A DNA stretch of 64,000 bases from Deltaproteobacteria bacterium (GCA_016712475.1 JADJRA010000001.1:1797414-1861413), one strand, 5' to 3'. Numbered from the stretch's first letter, positions 8,203 to 17,918 are shown. The notes: generated by a model from the sequence alone, not told the origin. A program made the numbers and translations.

Positions 8203-9903
8203 TCAATCGAAGCGGCTGCCGATGCGCAGGGTCCAGGACCCCAGCACGCCGGTGTTGCCGGCGACCGCATCGACCACGCGCAGGGTCCACTCGCCGTTGA
8301 CCGACTCGTCGCCCGAGAAGCCCACCGGCGCGGCGTGGAAGCGGAACAGATCGGCCTGGTCCTGTGCCACGAGCACCTCGTTGCCCGCGGGATTGGTGAG
8401 GGTGACGCGGAGGTCCTGCGGGTTGGCGTGGTCGATCTGCAGGTCGATCTCGACGTCCATGTCGACGGTCGCGAGGCCGTAGACGAGCAGCGAGCGCGAC
8501 AGCCCCTGCGCGTCGCCGTCGGGGATCGCGAGGTCGAGTGAGGTCTCGAAGCTGCCGTCGGCGAAGTTGCCGACCATCCACGCCGGCAGGCACAGGCCCT
8601 CGTCACCGCGGGTGAGTCCGGCGCACATCAGACCCTGACCGAGGTCGCACGGGGCCGATGCGCTGCACTCGGTCTGCTCACCGAAGCCCGAGAGCACGGT
8701 GCAGCGGCCCACGTTCGAGGCCTCGGAGCTGCCGACGCAGGTGCCCTCGGCACAGTCCGCGTTCGAGCTGCAATCCTGGCCCTGCGAGCCGACGCCGGCG
8801 CTGCAGCGCTCGATCTCGCCGTCGCTGATCACGGCGACGCGCTCGGCAGCGTCGAGCGGGAAGTAGGCGCCGACCGAGGTGTCGCCGGCGCCGAACTCGT
8901 AGACCACGTACGCGCGCGCGCTGGTGCGGTCCCACAGCTCGGTGCGGTTGATCTCGCCCTCGTCGGCGCGGGAGAACGCGTCGTCGACATCGGTCACGTC
9001 GGTGTGGGCCGAGCTGCGTACTGCCTCGACCACCTGCGCGCGCTGCAGCTCGCTCAGGCCAGCGGGCGACTGCAGCCGCACGCGCGGGCCGCTGACGACG
9101 TCGTGGGAGCTGCGCAGGTCGTGATACTGGTCCCCGAACACGCACTGCACGGCGAACGGCGACAGCTCGTCGAAGCATGCTGGGCCCATCTCCTGCGCGA
9201 AGGCCTCGAAGCCCGCCGCACAGAAGGCCGCCGGCATCGGCGCCTCGCACAGGCGATCGAACACCGGCCCGAGCGCCTCGCCATCGGTGCAGATCGCGAG
9301 CGCCTCGGCGGGGGTGAGATCTTGGCTCTCGGGATCGGCGGCCGAGTCGGCGACCTGCGCGTTCATGCAGGCGAGGATGTTGTTGGCGACGGTCTCGTCA
9401 CAGCCGGCGGGCGCCGGGGGCAGCGGCGCGCAGTCACCGTTCTCGCAGGTCGACGACAGGCGATAGGCCCCGCGACCCCGCGCGTCGTGGGTGCCGACCA
9501 CCACGAGGTACTCGCCGGCAGCGAGCGTGAGGCCGGTGATGCGGGACTGTCGACCCCAGCCCGCGTCGTCGTCGAAGGCGATCGCGGTGTCGCCGAAGGC
9601 CTCGCCCTGGCGGGGGCCGAACACGAACAGCGTGGTGTCGAGCGCCTTCGCGGTGCCCTGTCGCGTGATCTCGATGCGCACGCGTGCGCCCTCGCGGACC
9701 GAGAGGTGATAGCCGTGGAACTCGAGGTCCTCGGTGAAGCGACCGGTGCGGGCGGCCTCGAGCTCGAGCGTGCCGAGGTCTTCGACGTGGTCGATGGCGT
9801 CGCCTTTGCCATCGCCCAGCTCGGGGATCACGGCGTCGCTGCGATCGTCGGCGCTGCAGGCAAACAGGGAAACGGCGGCGAGTGCGGTGATGGAGGCGCG
9901 CAT
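8203..9903 (-). CDS. secreted lipoprotein with N-terminal pre-peptidase C-terminal (PPC)-like domain, Cys-rich middle and C-terminal proprotein-convertase P-domain
   Basis: Start MRASITALAAVSLFACS is a lipoprotein signal. The PPC-like block is LEFHGYHLSVREGARVRIEITRQG...AGEYLVVVGTHDARGRGAYRLS. The C-terminal P-domain-like block is SRSLLVYGLATVDMDVEIDLQIDHANPQDLRVTLTNPAGNEVLV...GEWTLRVVDAVAGNTGVLGSWTLRI. No subtilase catalytic domain is present. Confidence 0.5.
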   Translation of the reverse strand: MRASITALAAVSLFACSADDRSDAVIPELGDGKGDAIDHVEDLGTLELEAARTGRFTEDLEFHGYHLSVREGARVRIEITRQGTAKALDTTLFVFGPRQGEAFGDTAIAFDDDAGWGRQSRITGLTLAAGEYLVVVGTHDARGRGAYRLSSTCENGDCAPLPPAPAGCDETVANNILACMNAQVADSAADPESQDLTPAEALAICTDGEALGPVFDRLCEAPMPAAFCAAGFEAFAQEMGPACFDELSPFAVQCVFGDQYHDLRSSHDVVSGPRVRLQSPAGLSELQRAQVVEAVRSSAHTDVTDVDDAFSRADEGEINRTELWDRTSARAYVVYEFGAGDTSVGAYFPLDAAERVAVISDGEIERCSAGVGSQGQDCSSNADCAEGTCVGSSEASNVGRCTVLSGFGEQTECSASAPCDLGQGLMCAGLTRGDEGLCLPAWMVGNFADGSFETSLDLAIPDGDAQGLSRSLLVYGLATVDMDVEIDLQIDHANPQDLRVTLTNPAGNEVLVAQDQADLFRFHAAPVGFSGDESVNGEWTLRVVDAVAGNTGVLGSWTLRIGSRFD

Positions 9904-10154
9904 GTCGAGCTCGACCGGCCGCTGTGCAACCTCGGCGCCGCGGTCTGTCACGGACCCTCACGCGGGATCTCGGGGGCTTTCGCTGGACGCGTGACCCCGA
10001 CGTGACCCACGCGGGCCGGCCCGGCCGGCCGTGGCCACGAGAGTCGCCACCCCACCCGAGCGGCCGCCAGGGGCCCGCCCGAGGCCGTCGCGCACATGGG
10101 CGGCGCTGCCACGGATCGATTTGGCCGCGGGGTGCACGTGCAGGTCGAGACCCC

Positions 10155-10703
10155 ATGACACGCGCCACGCATGTTCCATCGTTGCTGATCCTCACCGCGC
10201 TCGCGGGCGCATGCGCCTTCGAGTCCACCGCAACCGCGCATCGCGTGCCGGTGCCGGTGTTGGTCGGGCCGGTCGAGCAGATCGGCGGCGCACCGCGTCC
10301 GAGCAGCGCCGACGACGGCCCGCAATTCGACATCAAGGTCGATCGCACGGTGACCGCCTCGAGCAGCTCGCAGACCAGCGGCAACGTCACCGTCACCACC
10401 ACCACCGCGACCGCCTCCACCGCCGGTGCCGGCCTGGTCGACGCCCGCGTGCGACTGGCCGCCAACGGCGCCAAGAACCGCCTGGTCCGCGTCGACCAGC
10501 TGCGCGTGAACTCGTACAGCGGGTTCTTCTACTCGGCGGCGTGGATCAGCAGCCGCGTGCGCATCAAGGGCCACGTCGGCCGCGATGTCGTGCTGCCGGA
10601 TGCGCCCGCGCTCGCGCCGGGAATCGAATCGCCGCCGGGTGACACCACGAACTCGAACGCGGCTGCAACGACGACACCCGCTGCGAACTCCAACCTGCGC
10701 TGA
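10155..10703 (+). CDS. hypothetical lipoprotein
   Basis: MTRATHVPSLLILTALAGACAFE signal with lipobox, followed by a Ser/Thr-rich segment. First of three consecutive small lipoprotein genes on the + strand. Confidence 0.4.
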   Translation: MTRATHVPSLLILTALAGACAFESTATAHRVPVPVLVGPVEQIGGAPRPSSADDGPQFDIKVDRTVTASSSSQTSGNVTVTTTTATASTAGAGLVDARVRLAANGAKNRLVRVDQLRVNSYSGFFYSAAWISSRVRIKGHVGRDVVLPDAPALAPGIESPPGDTTNSNAAATTTPAANSNLR

Positions 10704-10720
10704 CACCAAGGCCCCGGACC

Positions 10721-11236
10721 ATGACCCGCCGCATCTGTGCTCTCACGTCGATCTCCTGCGTCGTCCTCGCGCTCCTCGATGGCTGCGCCGGAGGACGCTC
10801 CAACCTCCGCTTCGACGACACGCGCTACCCCGTGTCGCTGTCGCCGACGGTGCTCGGCTCCGACGGCGTCGTGTTGTTGCCCGCACGTCGCGAGGTCGTC
10901 GGCAAGCTCGAGATCGAGACCAAGGTCTACGGCCTGCTGTGGGCCGCGGTGCCGCTGACGCCCAACAAAGATCTCTCGACACAGGTCAACGATCAGATCG
11001 AGCGCGCCGGCGGTCAGGCGGTCGTGAACCTGCGCGTCACCAGCCGGCAGTGCGGCCTCAACAGCGCGTGGGTGCTGAGCACGGTGCCGCTGTGGCCGGG
11101 GTGCAGCAAGGTCTTCGTGCAAGGCGACATCATCCGCGAGCGCGCGCCCGAGGCCGTGGTCGAGATCGAGGCGCCGCCCAGCGAAGCCGCGGCCAGCGAA
11201 CCGATCGCGCACGCCCACCCCATGACCCTGCCGTGA
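10721..11236 (+). CDS. hypothetical lipoprotein
   Basis: MTRRICALTSISCVVLALLDGCAGG signal with lipobox. 171 aa. Confidence 0.45.
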   Translation: MTRRICALTSISCVVLALLDGCAGGRSNLRFDDTRYPVSLSPTVLGSDGVVLLPARREVVGKLEIETKVYGLLWAAVPLTPNKDLSTQVNDQIERAGGQAVVNLRVTSRQCGLNSAWVLSTVPLWPGCSKVFVQGDIIRERAPEAVVEIEAPPSEAAASEPIAHAHPMTLP

Positions 11237-11256
11237 ACTCCGCGAGGAACTCCATC

Positions 11257-11637
11257 ATGAAGACGTTCGCATCTCTGCTCGCCACCTCGACCCTCATGCT
11301 CGCGTGCAAGCTGGCGCCACCGGCCCCGCCGTACCTCAGCACCGAGGAACTCGCCGTGGTCGTCGTGCGCCCCAGCCAGGACATGGCGATCCGCATCGCG
11401 CAGTACTGCGAGCCGGTCGCCGCGGTGACGGCCTTCGGCGACAACCACCTGCGCCAGAACGCGCACACCCGCGGCGCCAACCTCGTCGAGGTGCTGTACG
11501 ACGCCGGTGGCAGCACCGCGGTGCTACACAGCTGCCCGCTGGGCTTCGACGCCGGCGAGGGCACCTTCGAGAGCAACGACGCGGCCGCGCGCGGGTCCTC
11601 CTCGAGCGTGACCACCCAGACGGTGACGTTGCACTGA
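11257..11637 (+). CDS. hypothetical lipoprotein
   Basis: A GAGGAAC RBS-like motif lies 6 nt upstream of ATG. MKTFASLLATSTLMLACKLAPP signal with lipobox. 126 aa. Confidence 0.4.
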   Translation: MKTFASLLATSTLMLACKLAPPAPPYLSTEELAVVVVRPSQDMAIRIAQYCEPVAAVTAFGDNHLRQNAHTRGANLVEVLYDAGGSTAVLHSCPLGFDAGEGTFESNDAAARGSSSSVTTQTVTLH

Positions 11638-11728
11638 AAAGCGCTCCGCGCTCGGACGTTGGCGCGCACCCTGAGCCCGCATCGGGACACGCACACCCGC
11701 GGCGATCATCGCAGATGAATGCGAGAGG

Positions 11729-13030
11729 ATGCCGCCGGCTCTCGATCCCGACGCGCTCGCACTGCCGGTGCTGCAGGACCCTGCCTGCGCCGCCTACGTG
11801 CGCGAGCTGTTGCGCACGCGCTGGACCGACGGCCACGACGAAGACGCCGTGGCACGCGTGCAGGCCCGCATCGACGCACGCACGATCGTCTTCGTCGCCG
11901 TCCACCACGGCAACTTCCCCAGCCTCGAGTTCCTGGCGCCGGCCCTGCGCGAGCGCGGGCACACGACGTTGGCGATCTATCTGCAGGGCGACGCACACGG
12001 CGAGGGCTTCGACCACACCGAGTGCTGCGGTGGTTCGCTCTCGCGGCTGGCGGCGCTGCTGCGGGCACTGCCCGACGGCACCGCGATCTATCTGCAGGCC
12101 CATGCCCGCTGGGTGTGGCTCGGGCAGCTGGTCGCCGCGGTCGCACCGCGACTGCGGCTGGTGCAGGAGATCTGGGACTGGATGGATCAGTTCGCGCCGG
12201 CCGCACGCGCGCAGGACTTCGTCGACGACGGCGTGTTCACCCACGCCGAGCTCGCGCTGATGCGTGGCGCCGAGGCGTGGGTGCGTGACCACGCGTACGC
12301 GGTCGTGCACAAGCACGGTGGGCGCGAGCAGCCGCCGTGGCCCACCGGCGCCGCGGCGCGCGAGTGTCGGATCATGCCGTGCCCGCCGCGCGCGTGGTCG
12401 CGGCCGCCGCTGCGCCGCGAGCCCGGCCCGTGGCGGATCGTACACGTGGGACAGATCAAGTCGCAGCACGCACCGGTGCGGGCGTTCGGCGACCTGCAGC
12501 TCGCATCGCTGTTCCAGCGCTGGACCCGTCAGGGCCTCTACGTGAGCGCGTACCCCGGGGTCGCACCGGCCGCCGATGCACTCGTCGACTACGAGGCGCT
12601 CGCGCGCCGCGATCGGGCCTTCGCGCTGCATCGACACCGCTCGATCGGTGAGCTGGTCGGCGCACTGCACGGGGCCCACGACTACGGCCTGCTGCTGTAT
12701 CCGTTCCCGCGCGAGCTCGCGGTCGGTCGTGCGCACCTACGTACGGCGCTCGCGAGCAAGCTGTTCACCTACGTCGCCGCCGGCCTGCCGGTGTTGGTGA
12801 GTCCGGAGCTGGCGTACATGGCCGAGCTGGTCGAGCGCCACGGCATCGGCCTGGTCGTCGAGGCGCGCGATCACGATCGGTTGCGCGAGCGCCTCGACGT
12901 CGTCGACTACCCGGCACTGCAGCGCGCAGTCCGGGCCGCGCAGTCCGAGTTCCACATCGAGCGCTTCGTCCCCGCGCTGGTCGAGCTGCTCACCGCCTGC
13001 GGCCCCGTCGCCGCCGAAGCACCACCATGA
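11729..13030 (+). CDS. glycosyltransferase-like protein (GT-B fold C-terminal half)
   Basis: C-terminal LFTYVAAGLPVLVSPELAYMAELVERHGIGLVVEARDHDRLRERL resembles the GT1/GT4 C-terminal domain. The stop overlaps the next gene's start (ATGA at 13027). Confidence 0.45.
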   Translation: MPPALDPDALALPVLQDPACAAYVRELLRTRWTDGHDEDAVARVQARIDARTIVFVAVHHGNFPSLEFLAPALRERGHTTLAIYLQGDAHGEGFDHTECCGGSLSRLAALLRALPDGTAIYLQAHARWVWLGQLVAAVAPRLRLVQEIWDWMDQFAPAARAQDFVDDGVFTHAELALMRGAEAWVRDHAYAVVHKHGGREQPPWPTGAAARECRIMPCPPRAWSRPPLRREPGPWRIVHVGQIKSQHAPVRAFGDLQLASLFQRWTRQGLYVSAYPGVAPAADALVDYEALARRDRAFALHRHRSIGELVGALHGAHDYGLLLYPFPRELAVGRAHLRTALASKLFTYVAAGLPVLVSPELAYMAELVERHGIGLVVEARDHDRLRERLDVVDYPALQRAVRAAQSEFHIERFVPALVELLTACGPVAAEAPP

Positions 13031-14208
13031 CCGCTCGTCGACCGCAACGCATCGCGATCGCGCTGCCCCGCGACAATGACTTCTACCGCGCCCTCGCTGC
13101 GCAGATGTGCCGCGGCTTCGAGGCCTGCGGCCTCGAGGCCACCAGCGTGCTGCGTCTGCTCGCCGCGGACGACATGCGGGACTTCTGCGCCAGCGTGCGC
13201 CCCGACGTGTTGCTCGAGATGAACCGCTCGCGCGCGATGGCGGAGTTCGTGCCCGACGACGTCGTGCACCTGACGTGGGTCGTCGACCTCGGCGGTCGCG
13301 CGGTCGATGACTTCGCGGGCTCGGCGTACACGTATCTCTTCAGCGACGCGTGGCTGCCCCACTTCACGCTCGACGCGCCGCATCGTTGGCTCGGCCCCGG
13401 CGCGTGCCCGCAGGACTACCCGCAACGCGCCCACACCTCGAACCAACGCCTGGCGTTCCTCGGCCACATCCCGAATCCGTGGACCCCGGAGGAGCTCGCG
13501 CGCGACGTCACCGGCGGGGCTGGCGTGTGCGACTTCGGCAGTCTGCTACCGGCGATCGAGCGGCTGCTGCGACCCGACGATCCGCACCAAGCGCTGCTCG
13601 GCGTCGAGGACTTCCTACGTCGCATCGACGGGGCCTGCTATGCGATCGGCGGCCACCCCTTGGTGATCGACGACGCGCTCGCCTACGACATCACGTGCCG
13701 CGTGGTGCGGCACCTCAACCGCACCGAGCTGGCCGACGCGGCGCTCGCGATGGCATCGCGGCGCGGCCTGCAGGGCGACGCGCTCGCACGGTGGCTCGGC
13801 ATCTGGGGCACGCCCAACTGGTCGCGGTGGCCTCGCTTCGCGCCGCACTACCACGGCTGGCTCGCCACGCCGGCGCAGATGTCCGAGGTCTACACCGGCA
13901 CGGAGATCGTGCTGCACGAGGGCACCGGCGTGCACTTTCGATCGATGGATGCGATGAGCACCGGCGCGCTGGTGTCGTTCCGCGAGGGTGATCTCGGCAG
14001 CCATGTCGACGCGATCCACCTCGGCTTCGAGCCGCACGTGCACTTCGTGCCGTTCCACCTGCACGAGATCGACGACGCCCTCGCGCCGTACCTCGCCGAC
14101 CCCGTGCGCGCGCAGGCCATGCGCGACGCCGCGGCCGCGCGCATCCGCGACGCCCACACCTGGCGCCACCGCGCGCAGGGAATCCTCGACGACCTCGCGA
14201 GCCTGTGA
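13027..14208 (+). CDS. CgeB-like / DUF3880 (Glyco_trans_1_2) family protein
   Basis: C-terminal ...GTEIVLHEGTGVHFRSMDAMSTGALVSFREGDL...EPHVHFVPF...ADPVRAQAMRDAAAARIRDAHTWRHRAQGIL matches the CgeB C-terminal pattern (HTY/W-x-R). Translationally coupled to the upstream gene. The next gene starts 5 nt after its stop. Confidence 0.5.
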   Translation: MTARRPQRIAIALPRDNDFYRALAAQMCRGFEACGLEATSVLRLLAADDMRDFCASVRPDVLLEMNRSRAMAEFVPDDVVHLTWVVDLGGRAVDDFAGSAYTYLFSDAWLPHFTLDAPHRWLGPGACPQDYPQRAHTSNQRLAFLGHIPNPWTPEELARDVTGGAGVCDFGSLLPAIERLLRPDDPHQALLGVEDFLRRIDGACYAIGGHPLVIDDALAYDITCRVVRHLNRTELADAALAMASRRGLQGDALARWLGIWGTPNWSRWPRFAPHYHGWLATPAQMSEVYTGTEIVLHEGTGVHFRSMDAMSTGALVSFREGDLGSHVDAIHLGFEPHVHFVPFHLHEIDDALAPYLADPVRAQAMRDAAAARIRDAHTWRHRAQGILDDLASL

Positions 14209-14212
14209 CCCG

Positions 14213-16792
14213 ATGAACGCACCCGTAGCCACCGACACCCCGGTCGAGCCGACCGCCGCCGACGCGCGCTGGTCCGAGGCGCGGATCCACGAGGCACTGC
14301 TCGACGCCGGGCTACCGCTGCCCGAGCTCGACGCGGTGGTGCTGGCGATCCCGCAGCCCGCCGCCGCGATCGTGAGCCTGCGACGACTCGCACCGAACCT
14401 GCGCGCGATCGTGGTGCTGTCGTCGACGGCCAGCGATCTGCCGCTCGTCGGCGCGACCTCGCTGGTCATCGGTGACGCCGACACCCAACGCGACGACGGC
14501 CTCGCACTGCTCGAGACGCTGCTGCGTGCAGGCGTGCGTGCCGCTCGGGTCGCGTGGATCGACGACCCCGATGCCGGCGATGACGACGTTGCGACCGCGT
14601 TGGTGCGTGCGCTCGGTTGGCGTGGTCTGGAGCCGTGGCTCGACACGATCGCGCCGGAGGATGCTCGTGCGCACGCGGTGCTCGGCGCATGGGCCGAGCG
14701 ACTCGAGCTCGAGCAGAGCTCCGTGGCGGCGCTGCGACTGTGGCTGCTGCTCTACGCGCACACGCGCTCGGGCGCGATCGCAACCCGCGTCGCCATCGCC
14801 TACGACAAGCTCGGCGCACCCCAGCACGCTGCGCGATGGCTGCCGCGTGCCGATGCACCGCCCGCAGCGATCGACGAGCTGGTCGCCCAGGCACGCGCCG
14901 ACGCGGCCGTGCAGGCCCAGGCCGAGCAGGCCCAGCGCGACGCCAACCTCGCGGCCCTGCGCGAGCGCTGGCCGGCAGCCGCGGAGGCCCTCGCTGCCGC
15001 GTCGTGCAGCGGTCTGGACATCCTGTGCACCGATGCCCTGCCGTGGCGCTGGTCCAGCGCGGCCGGGGTCCGGCGCGATCCGTATCCGTTGGTCGTGAGC
15101 ATCGACGACGACGGCATGCGCGAGCGCGTTCGCGTGCACGCGCATCCCGAGTCGCCGGCCCGACTGCGCGCGCAGATGACCGCCCGCGTCGGCGCGGCGG
15201 GACGGCACGCGATGGTCGGCCTCGCCGACTGGGCCGCGGTCTTGAACCTGGTGGGCAACCGCGTCACCACCACCCTGCCGGGCTGGACGCAGCAGGTCTA
15301 CGGCTTCGCCGACGATACCGCAGTCCTGCGACGACTGCTGGGCGCGATCGATCTGCGTGCCGTGCTCGCGTCGGGCGTGTTCGCGGCGGTGTTCGTGGGC
15401 GATGACGCCACTTCGCAGGCCCTGCGATTCTTCGCGAGCGAGCGACTGCGACCGGTACCGAGGATTCGCGTGGGCTGTGATGCCATCGATCCCGCGCTCG
15501 CGCGACTCGATCGCGAGCGCATCGAGGGTTGGCACCAAACGACTGCGGCGCTCGCCGACCACCACCGCGACACCGCCGCCCGCGCGCTCGCGAAGCTCGA
15601 CGCCGGCGCACCGCTGCGCGTGTGGCTGTGGTCGTCGATCCACACCACGGTACTGCGCCACGTCGGCGCGGGTCTGATGGCCGGCTTCGACGCGCTCGGC
15701 CACACCGCGCAGCTGCAGATCGAGCACGACCCGCGCGACAACTACGACCTCCCCGCGGTCGCCGATGCATTGGCGGCGTTCGATGCCGACCTCGCGATCC
15801 AGCTCGATCACATCCGACCCGAGTACGGCCCGCTGCTGGCGCCCGGTCTCCCGGTCGCCGCGTGGGTGCTCGACGAGCTGCCGCCGCTGTCGGATCCTGC
15901 GCTCGTCGCCAAGCTCGGCGCGCTCGACCTCACCTTCGCGTGGAGCGCTCCACTGGCGCGTGCCTACGCCGAGCGCGGCCATCCCCACAGCGCCAAGCTG
16001 CTGTTCGCGGTCGACCCTGCCACCTACCACGCCCGCGATGCGCTGCCCGCCGAGGACGCGATCGCCTACGCGACCCATCTGACGCTGCCGTTCGAGCCAC
16101 GCTGGGCCCCTGGCATCTACGCCGAGCTCGAGCGCGTGCTGCAGACGATGCCACAGCTGCCGTCGGGCCTGGTCGAGCTCGCACCCGTGATCGAGCGGCT
16201 GCTCGCGCGCACCGGCGTGATCGTGCCGGAGCCGCTCGCGAGCACGTTTGCCTACGACGCCCTGCTGGTCGCGCGCCACGTCGAGCGCACCCGCGTGGCC
16301 GACGAGATCCTCGCCGCGGGTCTGCCCCTGCGACTCTACGGCCGCGGGTGGAATCGCATCGAGCGCTTCGCAGCCCACGCCCACGGCGAGATCGCGGCCG
16401 GGCCCGATCTGCGCGCGATGTACCAGCGCCACAAGGTCGTGCTGCACATCAACACCCGCTGCAACCTGCATCCCCGCGTGCTCGAGGCCGCGGCCAGCGG
16501 CGGCTTCGTGCTCGCGCGCTCCGACGGCGACTTCGACTGGGCCGATGGCGGGGTCCACGACGCGCTCGAGATCGGCCGCGAGCTGTGCCTGTTCGACGAC
16601 CCCGCCGACATGCTGGCCAAGCTGCGCCGGGCCCTCGTCGACGAGCCGTGGCGACGCGAGTTCGCGCGGGCGGCCCACGACCGCGTGCACGCCGATCACA
16701 CCTACGTGCAGCGGGCGCGTACGATCGTCGACGCGCTGCACGCCCGCCTGCGCGCCGTGGCCAGCGATCCGACCACGCACGACCCCGCGTAG
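14213..16792 (+). CDS. large (859 aa) multi-domain CgeB-like / DUF3880 glycosyltransferase-family protein
   Basis: Start MNAPVATDTPVEP. The ORF track's N-terminal extension to 13988 overlaps the previous gene and is rejected. C-terminal LRLYGRGWNRIERF...HKVVLHINTRCNLHPRVLEAAASGGFVLARSDGDF...EPWRREFARAAHDRVHADHTYVQRARTIVD is a strong CgeB-type signature. Confidence 0.55.
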   Translation: MNAPVATDTPVEPTAADARWSEARIHEALLDAGLPLPELDAVVLAIPQPAAAIVSLRRLAPNLRAIVVLSSTASDLPLVGATSLVIGDADTQRDDGLALLETLLRAGVRAARVAWIDDPDAGDDDVATALVRALGWRGLEPWLDTIAPEDARAHAVLGAWAERLELEQSSVAALRLWLLLYAHTRSGAIATRVAIAYDKLGAPQHAARWLPRADAPPAAIDELVAQARADAAVQAQAEQAQRDANLAALRERWPAAAEALAAASCSGLDILCTDALPWRWSSAAGVRRDPYPLVVSIDDDGMRERVRVHAHPESPARLRAQMTARVGAAGRHAMVGLADWAAVLNLVGNRVTTTLPGWTQQVYGFADDTAVLRRLLGAIDLRAVLASGVFAAVFVGDDATSQALRFFASERLRPVPRIRVGCDAIDPALARLDRERIEGWHQTTAALADHHRDTAARALAKLDAGAPLRVWLWSSIHTTVLRHVGAGLMAGFDALGHTAQLQIEHDPRDNYDLPAVADALAAFDADLAIQLDHIRPEYGPLLAPGLPVAAWVLDELPPLSDPALVAKLGALDLTFAWSAPLARAYAERGHPHSAKLLFAVDPATYHARDALPAEDAIAYATHLTLPFEPRWAPGIYAELERVLQTMPQLPSGLVELAPVIERLLARTGVIVPEPLASTFAYDALLVARHVERTRVADEILAAGLPLRLYGRGWNRIERFAAHAHGEIAAGPDLRAMYQRHKVVLHINTRCNLHPRVLEAAASGGFVLARSDGDFDWADGGVHDALEIGRELCLFDDPADMLAKLRRALVDEPWRREFARAAHDRVHADHTYVQRARTIVDALHARLRAVASDPTTHDPA

Positions 16793-16806
16793 TATCGTCA
16801 CCCGCG

Positions 16807-17874
16807 ATGCTCTTCCCGCGTCGCGCCTCGCTCGGTGTGTCCCTCGTCGTGCTCGCGTGCGGGTCGCCCTCGGGCGGTGACACCGGCACTAGCTCCGGCG
16901 ACGGCAGCACCTCCTCGACCGGCAGCGACGCCAGCGACAGCGGCACCTCCGACCCGGGCACCAGCGGCAGCTCCGGTGCCGCCGATGGCTCGAGCAGCAC
17001 CGGCACCACCGGCGATCCCGACGCGTGCTGGACCGACCTCGCGTTCGGCGAGCAAGAGGTCTTCTACGACGGCTTCGCCGACGGCAGTGAGGGGCTCGCG
17101 TTCGGTGCCGACGGCAAGCTCTACGCGACCACGATCGCGGGCACCGACGGCACGCTGTGGCAGCTCGACGCCGATGGCAACGCCGTCGACTTCGCCCACG
17201 TGCCCTACGCCCTCGGACTCGCGCCGCGACCCGAGGGCGGCTTCGTGGTCGCGTCCATCGGGGTCAACATGCAGCCCGACGGCGCGGTGTATCGCGTCGA
17301 CGCCGACGGCACCGCCACACAGTGGGCGACCGGCATCGACAGCCCCAACTTCGTCACGCTCACGCCCGACGGCGGCGCGTTGGTATCCGACGATTTCGAC
17401 ACCCGCATCTTCCACGTCGCCGCCGACGGCACCGTCACCGTCGCGCTCGAGATGATCGAGTCACCCAACGGCATGGCCTACAGCCCCGACGGCAGCCACC
17501 TCTACGTCGCGACCACCTTCGCCGACGATCCACCGATCACACGCTTCGAGGTCGACGCGCAGGGGCTGCCCGTGGCCGGCACCGGGGTCGAGATCCTCCG
17601 CATCGGCCCGGTCTCGACGCCCGACGGCATCGCGGTCGACGAGGCCAACATGGTCTACGTCGCCGCCAACTTGAAGGGCGAGATCTGGCGGGTCGACGGT
17701 GGGTCGACCGAGGTCGTGCCCGGCGAGCTGGTGAGCGATGGCCTCGGCTCGCCGGCGAGCCTCGCGTTCGGCCACGGCGCCGGCTTCGACCCGTGTTCGA
17801 TCTACGTCACGCAGCTGTTCGGCGCGAGGATCCTGCGGGTCGGCATCGGCACACGCGGCCTGCCGCTGCCGTAG
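16807..17874 (+). CDS. SMP-30/gluconolactonase/LRE-like beta-propeller lipoprotein
   Basis: MLFPRRASLGVSLVVLACGS is a lipobox signal, followed by a Ser/Gly/Thr linker. Repeated ...DGTLWQLDADGN..., ...DGAVYRVDADGT... and ...DGSHLYVAT... blocks resemble SGL-family propeller blades. Sits directly downstream of the GT-like operon on the same strand. Confidence 0.45.
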   Translation: MLFPRRASLGVSLVVLACGSPSGGDTGTSSGDGSTSSTGSDASDSGTSDPGTSGSSGAADGSSSTGTTGDPDACWTDLAFGEQEVFYDGFADGSEGLAFGADGKLYATTIAGTDGTLWQLDADGNAVDFAHVPYALGLAPRPEGGFVVASIGVNMQPDGAVYRVDADGTATQWATGIDSPNFVTLTPDGGALVSDDFDTRIFHVAADGTVTVALEMIESPNGMAYSPDGSHLYVATTFADDPPITRFEVDAQGLPVAGTGVEILRIGPVSTPDGIAVDEANMVYVAANLKGEIWRVDGGSTEVVPGELVSDGLGSPASLAFGHGAGFDPCSIYVTQLFGARILRVGIGTRGLPLP

Positions 17875-17918
17875 CGCGGGAGTCCCTGGACGCCTCACCG
17901 CGCGTCGCGTCGCGTGCG

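Noticed and set aside
13988-14212. Upstream extension of the large CgeB-like ORF (MISAAMSTRSTSASS...)
   Set aside because: Overlaps the 3' end of the preceding gene in another frame with Ser/Thr/Arg bias. MNAPVATD at 14213 sits 5 nt after the upstream stop.
15529-16806. ORF 15529..17874+ upstream part, and 14312..16801- (829 aa antisense)
   Set aside because: Antisense or alternate-frame of the well-supported CgeB-like gene. The gluconolactonase-like gene begins at the lipobox Met at 16807.
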